From Clostridiales bacterium (GTDB lineage Bacteria; Bacillota; Clostridia; Christensenellales; Pumilibacteraceae): a stretch of DNA of 64,000 nucleotides. Made by a program: the position numbers and the translations under genes. Of this stretch, positions 50,124-61,600 are shown one piece after another; positions within the stretch are counted from its first letter, which is position 1; each line of letters begins with the position of its first letter. The stretch is taken from NCBI GenBank assembly GCA_029055565.1, contig JAIDCZ010000029.1, positions 9,973-73,972 of the forward strand, read 5' to 3'. The notes below the pieces were generated by a model. The model ran no database searches. It had not been told where the DNA came from and saw only the letters and a program-made list of their open reading frames with translations.

Positions 50124-52154
50124 CTATATCCTCGACCGCGATTGCAGCCACCATTCAAGGAGCAGCAACGCAACGAGCGCGGCGGCAAAGTACACGAGCA
50201 AATCGTCAAAGGTCATGGCCGGAACCGGCTTAACCACCGATCCGGGCATTAAGTCGATAACCATACCGATATTGCTTTCTTGGGTCGGCATCTTTACGAA
50301 AAAGTTTTCCGTAATTGCGTTTTTAACGCCGAACAGCGTTTGCGAAGTGGCGTAGCTACCCACTTGCTTAAGCAAATACTCTTTGGGAAACTCTTTAAGC
50401 GTTTCGGTATTTCCGCCGATAGTAAGCTCTAGCTCCGTGCCTCGCGCCTTAAACGTTATGGTATCGTTAACGTCGAATATATATTGCGTAAAGGTGGACG
50501 GAATAAAGTACTCGAACATGTTATAAATAAGCGTCGGGAATTCGACGGTAACCGCTATATCGGAATACGCGGTGCTAAACGTCATTATCGCTATTTTTTC
50601 GTCGGCGGTATTTTTGCTAATAAACACCGGCTTGCCGTCGCACTGCATGACTGTGGTGTAGCCTTCCGGATAAGTGCTTATACTGCTATAGCTCGTTATA
50701 AGCAGCTTGCTTATATCCATGTAGCTGATAAGCGGATGCGTATCTGGTGCTATAAGATTGGTTTCCACGCCGGATACTTGCTTATCGAGCATAACGCCTA
50801 AGTCCGGAGGCATAACCGTGGGATTGACCAAAAACACCACGCCGTCATGCGGCACTTCGGTAGGCATAGTGTGCTCGAATATATACATATCGTAGCCGCT
50901 AAGCTTGGGCACTGCCGTTTCACCGCGCACCTCGTCTATTTCTATGTCCCAGCGGCCGCGCAACGCATTGCTAAGCGACATAAGCGCCGAATAGAAAAAT
51001 ATGCTCGGTCTGGGACTGGCGTACTGAACCTTTAAGTTGGGCTTTACTCCGCCGTACAGCGTGACCGAGTTGTCCTCGACTATTGCGTCACCCGCGTATA
51101 CCACGTCGGCGCTTGCCGACGAAAACGCCACTACGTATTCGTTTACGTTTCTGCCCTCGCCGTTTGTATCAAAAATTACGGTAGCCACCTCGCCGGACAC
51201 CAGCTGTCTATGGAAGTGCGCTTCGACCGGCCGCACGTAATCGGCGTCTGCGCCGAACACGTTGACGTTAATCAAAAAGTTAATATCCACTTCGGCGTTT
51301 TCGCCGTACGACACCACGTCGGCGTAAAAGGTGTAGTAACCCTCCTCCAGCTCGGCGCGGAGATCGAGCACCGCTACGTTCACCTCTTGCGCGCCGCGCG
51401 ATACGTCAACAACCTTAACTCCGTTACTGTTCAAGTACTTTTTGCCGGTAAACAAATACACCTCGGCAAGCGGGTTTTCGGTTGTTATATCCTCGGCTAT
51501 CTTCATAGCGCCTTCTATATCGGCACTGCCGTACGTGCAAGCAAGCGGATTATTGTTGCCGTCCACGACGGATTTAAGCTCTTGCATGCGTTGCATAACG
51601 GCGATTTGCGAATCGGCCTTAACGCGGTAAAACTGCGCAACCGCTCCCTCATCCGTGCCATCAGCTTGTTTGTCGGTATCGTAAATAGCGTCAGTTATAT
51701 CGTCGTCTTTAAAAATCGTAGCGTTGGATCCGGCGAGAATAACGGTCAGCATTCCGTCGTCGGCAAAGGTTTTTTCGGCAAGCTCCATAGCACCGTCCAC
51801 TGCTTCCTCGAACCGAGTGTAATGCTCGTCGTCGTATAGCGTGGTGGCAAGCATGCTTGCCGACGCATCTATAACGATAACCTTTTCCTTACTGCTCAAA
51901 TGCCGTTCCTCTTGCACGGCCGGCTGGGTAAGAATGAGCGCAAGAAAAACTATAATCAAAATCTGGCAAATCAAAAGCAAAATATTGCGCAGCTTGTTTA
52001 TGGGCAAGCGCTTTTTTTGATACTTCAAACTAAGCTTCCACACGAACGTGCTGGAAAGCAGTTTTTGCTGATAGTTGGGCTTGATAAGGTAAATTATCAA
52101 CAGCACCAAAAGTCCTATCAATCCGAGTAATCCCAAAGGCAGAAGCAAACTCAT
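50124..52154 (-). CDS. BatA-like double-TM protein with vWA domain
   Basis: PLGLLGL..IIYLIK..SS..W..LLLICQIL..LTQP BatA N-terminus; DASASM MIDAS; C-terminal LLLLEWW anchor. Confidence 0.88.
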   Translation of the reverse strand: MSLLLPLGLLGLIGLLVLLIIYLIKPNYQQKLLSSTFVWKLSLKYQKKRLPINKLRNILLLICQILIIVFLALILTQPAVQEERHLSSKEKVIVIDASASMLATTLYDDEHYTRFEEAVDGAMELAEKTFADDGMLTVILAGSNATIFKDDDITDAIYDTDKQADGTDEGAVAQFYRVKADSQIAVMQRMQELKSVVDGNNNPLACTYGSADIEGAMKIAEDITTENPLAEVYLFTGKKYLNSNGVKVVDVSRGAQEVNVAVLDLRAELEEGYYTFYADVVSYGENAEVDINFLINVNVFGADADYVRPVEAHFHRQLVSGEVATVIFDTNGEGRNVNEYVVAFSSASADVVYAGDAIVEDNSVTLYGGVKPNLKVQYASPRPSIFFYSALMSLSNALRGRWDIEIDEVRGETAVPKLSGYDMYIFEHTMPTEVPHDGVVFLVNPTVMPPDLGVMLDKQVSGVETNLIAPDTHPLISYMDISKLLITSYSSISTYPEGYTTVMQCDGKPVFISKNTADEKIAIMTFSTAYSDIAVTVEFPTLIYNMFEYFIPSTFTQYIFDVNDTITFKARGTELELTIGGNTETLKEFPKEYLLKQVGSYATSQTLFGVKNAITENFFVKMPTQESNIGMVIDLMPGSVVKPVPAMTFDDLLVYFAAALVALLLLEWWLQSRSRI

Positions 52155-53047
52155 TCCATTACACCTACCTTTAATAATTGCTCGAACAGCGCGTTTTCTA
52201 TCGGCCTATCCGTAACGAGCGAAATAAATTCCGCACCGCGTGAGTGACAAAAGCTTTTAAGCTCCTCTTGGTAATCGGCAAGCGCGCGAGCGTACGCGTC
52301 CAGCATGCCGCGGGTAACGCGCAGCTTCATGTTGCGCTCGTCCATATCGGTTTCCGCTTCCGCGTCTATCATATGCACTCGGCCGTCGTAAGTGGGGTCG
52401 GCCTCGTCGGGCGTAAGCACTTGGACGAGCAAGACCTGCCGCTTTTTAAAGCACAAGTAATCGACCGCCTTTTTCCAATCGCTGTCGGTAAAGAAGTCGG
52501 AAATTATTACGGTAAGGCCGTCGTTGGTACCGACGTCGCTGTTTACCACCGCCGAAGCGAGATCACACTCGCCGTTGAATTCTATATTCTCAAGTCCGCG
52601 GATTGCGCGAAAAAACGCGTTCTTGCCGACTATGGTGCCGTACGGATTTTGCGCGGCTCCGTCCTTAATAAGATTAAACGATAACTTGTCTGTATTATGG
52701 ACAGCCAAAAACCCCAAAGCCGCCGCTACCCCTACGGAGTACGCGGACTTTTGGGGATTAACACGTCCCATCGACGCCGAGCAATCGAGCATTATCTGAA
52801 TATGCATTTGCCGCTCGTCGGTGAACAGTTTTATAAAAAACTTTTCAAATCGGCTGAATAAGTTCCAATCTATACGGCGAAGGTCGTCGCCAAGCACGTA
52901 TTCTCTGTAATCGGCAAACTCCACCGTCTGCCCATAGGTTTTGACAAAATGCTTGCCGCCGAAAAATCCGGCCAAATCAGCCCTAAGATTTAAAGCCAAA
53001 GTCTCCAACCGACTGAAAAAGTCATCATTTAAGTAAGAGACTGCCAT
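52151..53047 (-). CDS. DUF58 domain protein
   Basis: EFADYREYVLGDDLRRIDWN, DCSASM, IISDF. Confidence 0.93.
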   Translation of the reverse strand: MAVSYLNDDFFSRLETLALNLRADLAGFFGGKHFVKTYGQTVEFADYREYVLGDDLRRIDWNLFSRFEKFFIKLFTDERQMHIQIMLDCSASMGRVNPQKSAYSVGVAAALGFLAVHNTDKLSFNLIKDGAAQNPYGTIVGKNAFFRAIRGLENIEFNGECDLASAVVNSDVGTNDGLTVIISDFFTDSDWKKAVDYLCFKKRQVLLVQVLTPDEADPTYDGRVHMIDAEAETDMDERNMKLRVTRGMLDAYARALADYQEELKSFCHSRGAEFISLVTDRPIENALFEQLLKVGVME

Positions 53048-54192
53048 TATTTTTTAGAAAATCTCCGCTTGGATTTTTTCGCTTTGCCGTCGGTCGCTTC
53101 CGCTTCGGGCGCTGCTTCGGCATTCTGCTCGGTCGCGGTATCGGCCGCAGTAGCGGGCGCTTCGCCGTCGTTTGCCACGTCAATCGACTTTGCGGTCGGG
53201 TCAAGCTTGAACAGCGTAGCCATTTCGTCCAAAATCATTTTTATAACCATGTCGGGCGTGACGCGTCCGGCAATGGCCTCGAAGTTCATTTTCATGCGGT
53301 GGCGCAAAACGGGATAAGCAATGGAATTGATGTCGTTGTACGACACGTTGAATCTGCCGTTCATAAGCGCCTTGACCTTGGCCGCGGAAATCATAGCCTG
53401 GCCGGCACGCGGGCTGGCGCCCAAACGCACGTACTTTTTGGCGGCTAGGGACGCGCACTCGCTGTCGGGGTGCGTAGCCGAGCAAAGCGTCATAGCGTAG
53501 CGCAGCACGTCGTCCGCAACCGGAATTTGGTTGGCGGTGGCGCGCATTTCCAAAAGGTCCTCGCCGGTACATGCGGCGCTCGCAACCTCGGCCATAGTCT
53601 TTTGCGTAAGGCTGACTATGTTCATAAGCTCCTCAAGACTGGGATTCTTGACGATAAGCTTGAACATAAAGCGGTCCATCTGTGCCTCGGGCAACGGATA
53701 GGTGCCGTCTTGCTCGATGGGGTTTTGCGTAGCCAAAACGAAAAAGGGTTCGTTAAGCTTGCGCGACACGCCCATTACGGTAACTGTATGCTCCTGCATA
53801 GCCTCAAGCAAGGCCGACTGCGTTTTGGGCGTAGCACGGTTAATCTCATCCGCAAGTATGATGTTGCTGAAAATAGGTCCGGCTTGGAACTGGAAGGACG
53901 AGTTGCCCTTTTCGTCCTTTACGACGATGTTGGTGCCGGTAACGTCGGCCGGCATAAGGTCGGGCGTAAACTGAATACGCGAAAACGGCAAGCTGAACAC
54001 CCTACCGAGCGAACGCACGAGGCGGGTTTTGCCTACTCCGGGCACGCCCTCCAACAGAACGTTGCCGCCGGCTATCATAGCAATAACCGTACCCTCTACG
54101 ATATCCTTTTGACCGATAACGTCGCGCTCAATTTGAGCAAAAATGTTTTTGCACTGCTCGCTGAATTTTGCGATATTCTTTTCCGTAACCAT
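53047..54192 (-). CDS. MoxR-family AAA+ ATPase
   Basis: LEGVPGVGKT, RIQFTPDLMPADVTG, LADEINRA, ATQNPIEQDGTYPLPEAQMDRF, GASPRA; start at MVTEK. Confidence 0.95.
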   Translation of the reverse strand: MVTEKNIAKFSEQCKNIFAQIERDVIGQKDIVEGTVIAMIAGGNVLLEGVPGVGKTRLVRSLGRVFSLPFSRIQFTPDLMPADVTGTNIVVKDEKGNSSFQFQAGPIFSNIILADEINRATPKTQSALLEAMQEHTVTVMGVSRKLNEPFFVLATQNPIEQDGTYPLPEAQMDRFMFKLIVKNPSLEELMNIVSLTQKTMAEVASAACTGEDLLEMRATANQIPVADDVLRYAMTLCSATHPDSECASLAAKKYVRLGASPRAGQAMISAAKVKALMNGRFNVSYNDINSIAYPVLRHRMKMNFEAIAGRVTPDMVIKMILDEMATLFKLDPTAKSIDVANDGEAPATAADTATEQNAEAAPEAEATDGKAKKSKRRFSKK

Positions 54193-54262
54193 ATTGTACC
54201 TCTGTGGAAGCACGCCGCATACTGCGGCGCGCCGATTGAATTTTTTACGATAGAGCGGAGCT

Positions 54263-55486
54263 TTACAGCAATATTCCGAAGTAGGCTTCCAACGCCGCAA
54301 TCAGTTCGGGCGGGTAGCCATCCGTTCCGTTGGCAAGTATATCCATTGCAATTTGGTGAAAGTATTCGTAGTTTTCGCCGTACTGCGTTTCGCCGTCGAT
54401 AATGGCATTGCCCGGTTTAGCGGGATTGCCGCCGCCGGTCGAACCGAGCGGAGGCGCGGGCGAATCGTCGGGATCGGGCATATCGGGCGGATTTTCGTTT
54501 TCGGAATTGTCTTCGGGATCGTTTGGATCGTTGTCGTCGGGATTATTTTTATTGTCGGGATCGTAGTAATAGCTGTAACCCAAATCCGGTTCATTGTCGT
54601 ACTTTGCAAAAACTACGGTAACAGTCATATTCTTTTGAATATTGTCCGCAGAGAACGTAAAAGGCTGACAGCCGTTAGCGGGGTTAGGAAAATACTCCTT
54701 TCCGTTTTCGTCCACCCATTTGGCAACGTAGTAACCGTCGGCTATCAACGCTTTAGCGGACGAGGAGCCGCCTTTTACAACGCTATCCGTAGCGTTATCA
54801 TTGGAACTGCTGGCAAATACATACCCTTCCTCCGCATCACCTACGCTAACCGTTCCGCCGTCAAAGTTGCCTACGTCTATAGTTTTTCCGTCTGCCGTTA
54901 CGCCCACCTTGTACGTAACGGTAAACGTCGGCGTCGTCAATCCGCCATTGCCGCCCCAGCCGTCGCCGCTAATCAGCTCGTCAAGCGTGGGGATAACGTC
55001 GTAATCGCTAAGTCCGGTCACAACAGCCATACCGGCGCCGAACGGACACACGATGCTCGCCACGCAAATTATAGCCGTAGCAATTTTGGTTTTTATCAAC
55101 CGTCCGCCGCTCGCCTTTACGGCAGTGCCAAACGCCGCGGCCGCGTCCTCGCGCTGGCGCTGAGCCATATACGATTGGTCGCCTTGCAGTTGGTACATGG
55201 TAATCATACGCTCGTCCAAGCCGGCGCGATCGATACGCTTCATAACATCTATATCGGAAAAAGTGAATATGGCAAAATAGAACAGTAACGCCCCGCCTAT
55301 CCACGCGGCGGCTCCCAGTCCCAAGGACCACCAAAGCCCCTTATACGCTAAAGTCCACATTACGAACGCGACTACGAACATGACTGCAAAGCCTACAGCC
55401 ATGCCGCAAAGCACGGACTTGATTATTCTTTCTTTTTGCAAGTCGTGCCGGCAGTTTTTAATAACGTCGGATTGGGAAGTATTCAT
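54263..55486 (-). CDS. MoxR-cluster-associated membrane protein
   Basis: TM pair, IDRAGLDERMIT..QREDA, third TM, beta domain, D/N/P linker, C-terminal YPPELIAALEAYF. Confidence 0.7.
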   Translation of the reverse strand: MNTSQSDVIKNCRHDLQKERIIKSVLCGMAVGFAVMFVVAFVMWTLAYKGLWWSLGLGAAAWIGGALLFYFAIFTFSDIDVMKRIDRAGLDERMITMYQLQGDQSYMAQRQREDAAAAFGTAVKASGGRLIKTKIATAIICVASIVCPFGAGMAVVTGLSDYDVIPTLDELISGDGWGGNGGLTTPTFTVTYKVGVTADGKTIDVGNFDGGTVSVGDAEEGYVFASSSNDNATDSVVKGGSSSAKALIADGYYVAKWVDENGKEYFPNPANGCQPFTFSADNIQKNMTVTVVFAKYDNEPDLGYSYYYDPDNKNNPDDNDPNDPEDNSENENPPDMPDPDDSPAPPLGSTGGGNPAKPGNAIIDGETQYGENYEYFHQIAMDILANGTDGYPPELIAALEAYFGILL

Positions 55487-55679
55487 AGATATATTACCTC
55501 TCTTATTATATTGTACCACAATCATCAAGCAATGTCACTCGAATTATGGTGATTTGAATATTTTTTTTAAGCAATATAGCGCCCACCGCGGCACCATTGC
55601 CGCGACAAGCACTATATTATATGAATTATATATTGCGTTTTGCGGAATGAATAGTACGTTACGCGGCGCCACGCGCGTT

Positions 55680-58600
55680 TTAGGCGTTATTCACTTCGTT
55701 TTCAAACTTACCGTCCGCATTGAGGAAGCCCTTATCCTCCGACCAGTACCACACCCATTTGGCGTCGCACTTGTGTAGCCATCTGTTCAAGGCCCACGCA
55801 GTATTGGGTCCAGGCAAGCCTACGACGTATATCGTAATATCACTACCCCAGCCGACGAACGCGTCGTTGTACGGCTTTACGCGATTGCCTATAATAAAGT
55901 TCTTAAGCTTGGGGGTGTTTGCAAATGCCTTGGGGTAAATAGTAGCGGTGGCACTGTTGCCGTCGGAATTTTCGCCCCATCTAACCAGCTCAAGGTTAGA
56001 ACAATCGGCAAACGCGTTGTAATATATCGTGTAGCTTGCGGTGCCCGCCGTGGACGGCAAGGTTATTTGAGCAATAGCCGTGCCGGCAAACGCGTACGAG
56101 TAGATATACTTAAGCGATCCGACGCCGTTTTCGTCCGTTTCAAACGTAACGTTTGCAAGCGACGCGCAGTTGTAGAATGCACCCGCGGGATCTTTGCCGT
56201 CGCTCGATTCGCCGCCGATTTCGGTAACGGTACGAGGAATGGATATAGCGGTAATTCCGGTGCCGGCAAACGCCGATTTGGCGATTGACGTAAGCGCGCA
56301 GTTGCCATCCTCGTCACGCTCAAACGTAACCGAGGTGAGCGTAGAAACGCCGTTAAATGCATTCGCATTCACAGAAGTCACCAACCGCGGAATAGATATG
56401 GATTTGATCGCGGTGCCCTCGAACGAATACGTGCCGAAGGTCTTGAACGCGCAATTACCGTCTGCGTCCTTTTCAAACGTTACGGACTCGAGCGACGCGC
56501 AGTTTTGGAACGCCTTAGTTCCGAACGTGGTTACCGTTGCGGGAATCGCTATGCTCGTTATACCGGACGAATTAAACGCACTCTCGTTGATTTCCGTCAA
56601 AGCGGTACCGCCGTTAGCGTTCTTGGCAAACGTAACCGTTTCCAGTTGCTTGCAATTAAGGAACGCGTTTTTGTAAATTTTGGTTACGGTAGCGGGAATG
56701 GTGATATGCGTAATTCCGCTGTTCTCAAACATAGTCATTGGAATAAAGGTAATGTTCTCGGGCAAAATAACCGTTTCCAACATCGGGCAATTTGCAAAGT
56801 TCCGCGAGTCAACGCTCGATCCGATATTGCTTGCCGTCGTGGCTTGGAATCCGGTTACGCCACTGCCGGCCTCGAACTCGACCTTAGTCAGCTTTGCGCA
56901 ATTATAGAACGCATAGTATCTGAATTTAGTTACGCTCTTGGGAATCACTATGCTTACGATTCCGGTATTATTAAAGGCGTATATGCCTATATCGTCAAGC
57001 GCGGTATTGCCTTGCGCGTCTTTGGCGAACACTACCTCGGTAAGTCCGGTGCAGTTTTGGAAGGCATAGCTGCCTATTGTCGTAAGCGTACTCGGAAGTG
57101 TAATCTTTTTAAGATTGGTTACGTCCTTAAACGCATTGTTGGCTATAGAGGTAATGCCCTCGGCAAGCACAACGTTTTCGAGGTTGGCGTTTGCCTTTAA
57201 TGCGGCCACGGCGGAGTTGACGTCGCCGAACACTACCGTGCCGTCGATATACGCGTCAAGCTCGCCGTACTTAAGCTGAGTATCGGCCTTGAGCACGTTA
57301 TCGAGCTTAACGCCGCTGCCGACGAACGAATCTAGCATTACCGTTGCACCGGTAGGCAGATTTACCGCAGTAAGCGCCGCGTCGTCGGCAAAAGCCTTGA
57401 TGCCTATTACTGCGCCCTCACCCATCGCGACGGAGTTGAGCCCGACGCAACCCGCAAACGCGGACTCGCCTATCGTTGCGTTGTCGCCTACGGTAACGGA
57501 AGCAAGCTGCACATTGTCGGCAAACGCCGAGTTGCCTATAATTACGCCGCCGCCGAGCGTGACGGACGTAACGCCGCAACCCTCAAACGCGTAGTCGCCT
57601 ACCGTAAATCCGCCGAGCGACACGTTTACGGCGCCCGCAAACTTGCTGCCCGCAAATGCGTAATCGCCTATCTCAACGACGTCGGAGGGTATTGCAAACG
57701 CGCCTTCGATGCCGGCCGCATACACGAACAGTATAGACTTGTCGGCACTGTACACCACGTTGTTTTCCACAACAAACGCTTCACTGCCGTCCTCTACCGT
57801 AAGCGAAGTAAGCTTGGAGCAGTATCTAAACGGATTGGCGTTGAGCGAGGTCACGCTCTTGGGAATAACGAACTCGGTAATCGAACTGACATTGAACGCG
57901 CCGGCGCCGATAGTCGTCAAAGCGCAATCGCCATTCTCGTCCTTTTCAATCGTCACCGAAGCAAGCGCCGGATTGTTGTCAAACGCATAGTTGCCTATTT
58001 CGGTTACCGATTTGGGAATAACTATCGACGTTATTACGGTGGAACGGAACGAGTTGTTGCCGATATACGTCAGCGCACAGTTGCCGTCGTCGTCTTTTTC
58101 AAACTCAATCGTTTCGAGCGCGTTGCAACCGCCGAACATGTAGGCGCTGATCGCCGTAACACCCTTAGGTATGATGATAGAGCTAATGCCGGTACCGTTG
58201 AATGCACCCTCGTTTAGCGTCGTCAACGCGCAGTTGCCGTCGTTGTCTTTTTCAAACGTAATCGTTTTAAGGCTGGGCGTTGCGCCGAACGCATAGTTAC
58301 CTATGGTGGTCACCGATTTGGGAATGGTTATCGAAATCAAACCGGTTTTGTTGAACGCGTCGGCCGGTATAACCTTCAAGCTTTCGGGAAGCTTGACTGT
58401 CGTCAGCTCGGTATTGTAGCCGAACGTCCAACCCAAGCTTCGGCTATCCAGTCCGAAGGTGGTTATAACGCTGTTATCCTCGAACTCGACCGTTTGCAAT
58501 CCGGCTTGGTAGAACGCCGCGTACTGCAAATCGCTAAGCGTGTTGGGCAACTTGAGGTTGGCTATAGAACCGTAGCCAAACGCCCACTGTCCTATGGACG

Positions 58601-61600
58601 TTATGCCGCGCGGCAAGTCAAGCTCGTCAATGGCAAAGCTGTACTCGAACGCCCAATTACCTATAGTGGTCGTGTGCGTCGTCATAGGTTCCGTTTCGGT
58701 AGCCGCCGTATCGACAGACCACTTTATTTCGTCAATATTGGGGCATTTGTAGAATGTGTAGTTAGGTATAGTCGTGATTTTGCGCCCCGACATATCGACC
58801 TTGGTAAGCTCGGAGCAGTATGCAAACGCGCCGTTGTAAGCTCTGTTGCTATCCGTATCGTTATCCGTTTTGGTACCCGCGGCAATGGTCACCTCCGTAT
58901 CGGCGGCGGCAAACTCAATCTCCTTAATCTTGCTGTTGGTAAACGCCGCTATGCGGATTTGCGTCGTCTTTGCGGGGATTACGATTTTGTCTATATACGC
59001 GTTTTGGAAGGCTTGCGTAGCTATTTCCGTCGTTTCCTCGGACAGCTTGACGTCAAGGTTCATCGTATCGAAGAAAATCCACTTATCGGCCTTGGTTATT
59101 TTGCGTTTGGACATGTCGATAATATAGTTAGCCGCATAGGCCGCCTTAACCTCGTCGGTGGCGTCCGCCGCTTCGGCTTTTGCCTTAGCTTCCGCTCTGC
59201 CGTTGTCGGTGCCGCTATGCGCAAACGCGCCCAAATAGTTATAGCTATTTAGATAAGTGTTATTGTAAATAGAATACGCGTTGTAAGTGCCGTTTTCGAC
59301 GGTAAGCACCGTCGATCCCTCGGCAAAACTCACTTTTTCCAAACGTGCACAGTACGCAAACGCACCTCTGCTTATTTTGGTGACGTTGGCGGGAATGGTT
59401 ATGTGCTTAAGCCCGCTGAACGCAAACGCGGCGGTATTGATGGTGACAAACTTCTGGTTGGTGGGAAGCACAACCTCCTCAAGCGCTTCCAGCTTCATAA
59501 ACGTGTCGGACGGGAGCGAAGTGAATTTGGTATTGTTGTTGTCCGACGCGAATACTACCTTTTGCAGCTTGTCGCAATAGACCGCCGTGCCGTCTATGTA
59601 CTTGGCGTTGTAACTGAACGGCGCCGAGAACGACGTAACGCTACTCGGGATATACGCCTTTGTGACTTTTGTACCCGCAAACGCGGCAGAGCCTATCGTA
59701 GTTATCGAAGTGGGCAAATACAAGTCGTAATCGGTATTCTCTTCGTTGTAGGTTATCGTTGCAAGGTTGTAGCATTTTAAGAATGCCGAGCCGGCTATAT
59801 TGGCAAGTCCACTTGCGGGCAACACAACCGCGGTAAGCGACGAGCAACCGCTAAACGCCGAACCGTCTATTTTTGTGACGGTAGAGGGTATTCTGATTCC
59901 CGCCTCAAGCGTCTGACCAGTCGCCGGTTTTTCAAAAGCGACGGTTGTAAGCGACGAGCAGTCTTGGAACATGTTCGACGTTATTGTGGTTATCTTGTTG
60001 GTGAATATAACCGACCGCAACTGCGAGCACAGCTTGAACATGTTGGTGCCTTGTGTTACAAGCACCGTATTTTTGTCTCCGGTAAATTCCACCTCTTGCA
60101 GATATTCGGAATTATGGAACGTATAGTTGCCGACCTTGGTAACGCTTGACGGTATTACAAGCTTAGTCACCTTGCCGAACGGGTTTCTGTTCTCGTCCGC
60201 CGTAGTGGAGCCCGCGGCAAATTCTTTCATACTCGGAGGAAGAACAAACGGGTTTTTGTCGTTTTCCTCTATCTGCTCACGCGTTCCGCCGTACTGCAAC
60301 GCGGTGTTGCTAAACAAGCATTTGGTTATAACGCCCAGTCTGCAATTTTCGTCGAACGTGACGGTGTGCAGATTTTTGCAGAAGTAGAACGAGAAGCCCG
60401 AAATATGCTCGGTACGCGTGGGCAGATTAACCACCTCGAGCGACTGGCAGAAGGCAAATACGCCCGTACTCGTAGAGCCGTCACTGTTCTTTACCTCACC
60501 GGTAGTGGCGTTGACGGTGACGCCTATTTTTAGGCTATCCGGCACCGGAAGCAGTTTGTACACGTCCTCCGCGCCGTCGGGCGCTTTGGCGTATTCCTCC
60601 TCGCCGCCGTTTACTATCTTTATATAGCGGTCGCCGGTATAGGTTTCCTTTTCGGCGTCGGTCAGCTTGACGTAATGCAACGTGGTGTCGCGTTCAAACT
60701 CGACCTTTTTGAGCGACGGCATCATGTAAAACGCCTTATCAAGTATAAGCTCAACGGTGTTGGGGATTTTAATTTCCTCCAAATATCCGTTGTTCATAAA
60801 CGCACCCGCCGCTATTTTGGTTACGCCCACGGGTATGGTATACGATTTGTCCGTTTTGCCGATGGGATAGTACGACAAGGTTTTGCCGCCGTCCAAGTAG
60901 ATAACACCGTTGTCGCTGGTAAGCGTGCCTTGCAAGTCGTTGCCTTGTTCGTCTTGAACGGCGTAAATATCTAAGTTGGAAAGTGCATATGAGCCGGTGA
61001 ACAATCCATCGAAATTCGTTACCGTGTTGGGCAGATGCACCGTTGCAAGCTTTGGACAGTTGCTAAACGCACCGACACCCAAGTTGAACGACTGCGCCGC
61101 CGGCACGTAGAATTCGGTCAACGCCGTGCCGTAAAAAGCCTCGACGCCGATGGCGGTAAGCTTGCTGTTTGCCGACACGCTAAACGTAGCAAGCTTGCTG
61201 TTGCCGCGGAATGCTCGATCGCCTATCGTGGTAACGCTATCGGGCAGAATGACGGAAAGCAATGCCGCGTCCGTATTGAATGCATCACTGTCTATGCTTG
61301 TAAGGCCGGTAGTGCCTTGCGCAAACTCGATTTTGGTAAGCGCCGTGCAGCCGTGGAAGGCATAAGACGTAATTTGGCTGAGATGCTTGGGGAAGTAAAC
61401 CTCTTGCACCTTGGAGCCCGCAAAAGCGCCGGCAGAGGTTGCCATGGCGTTTTCGCCTATTACGAGGCCCTTAGGCGCGGCGGACGTAGTGGGTTCGTCG
61501 CCGTCCGCTTGCGTAGCAACGTCGGCCGACGTTCTTTCAAGGAAGGTCACCTTTTGTACGCCGACGTTTTTGTAGAACGCAAAGTTCTTTACCAATTCGA

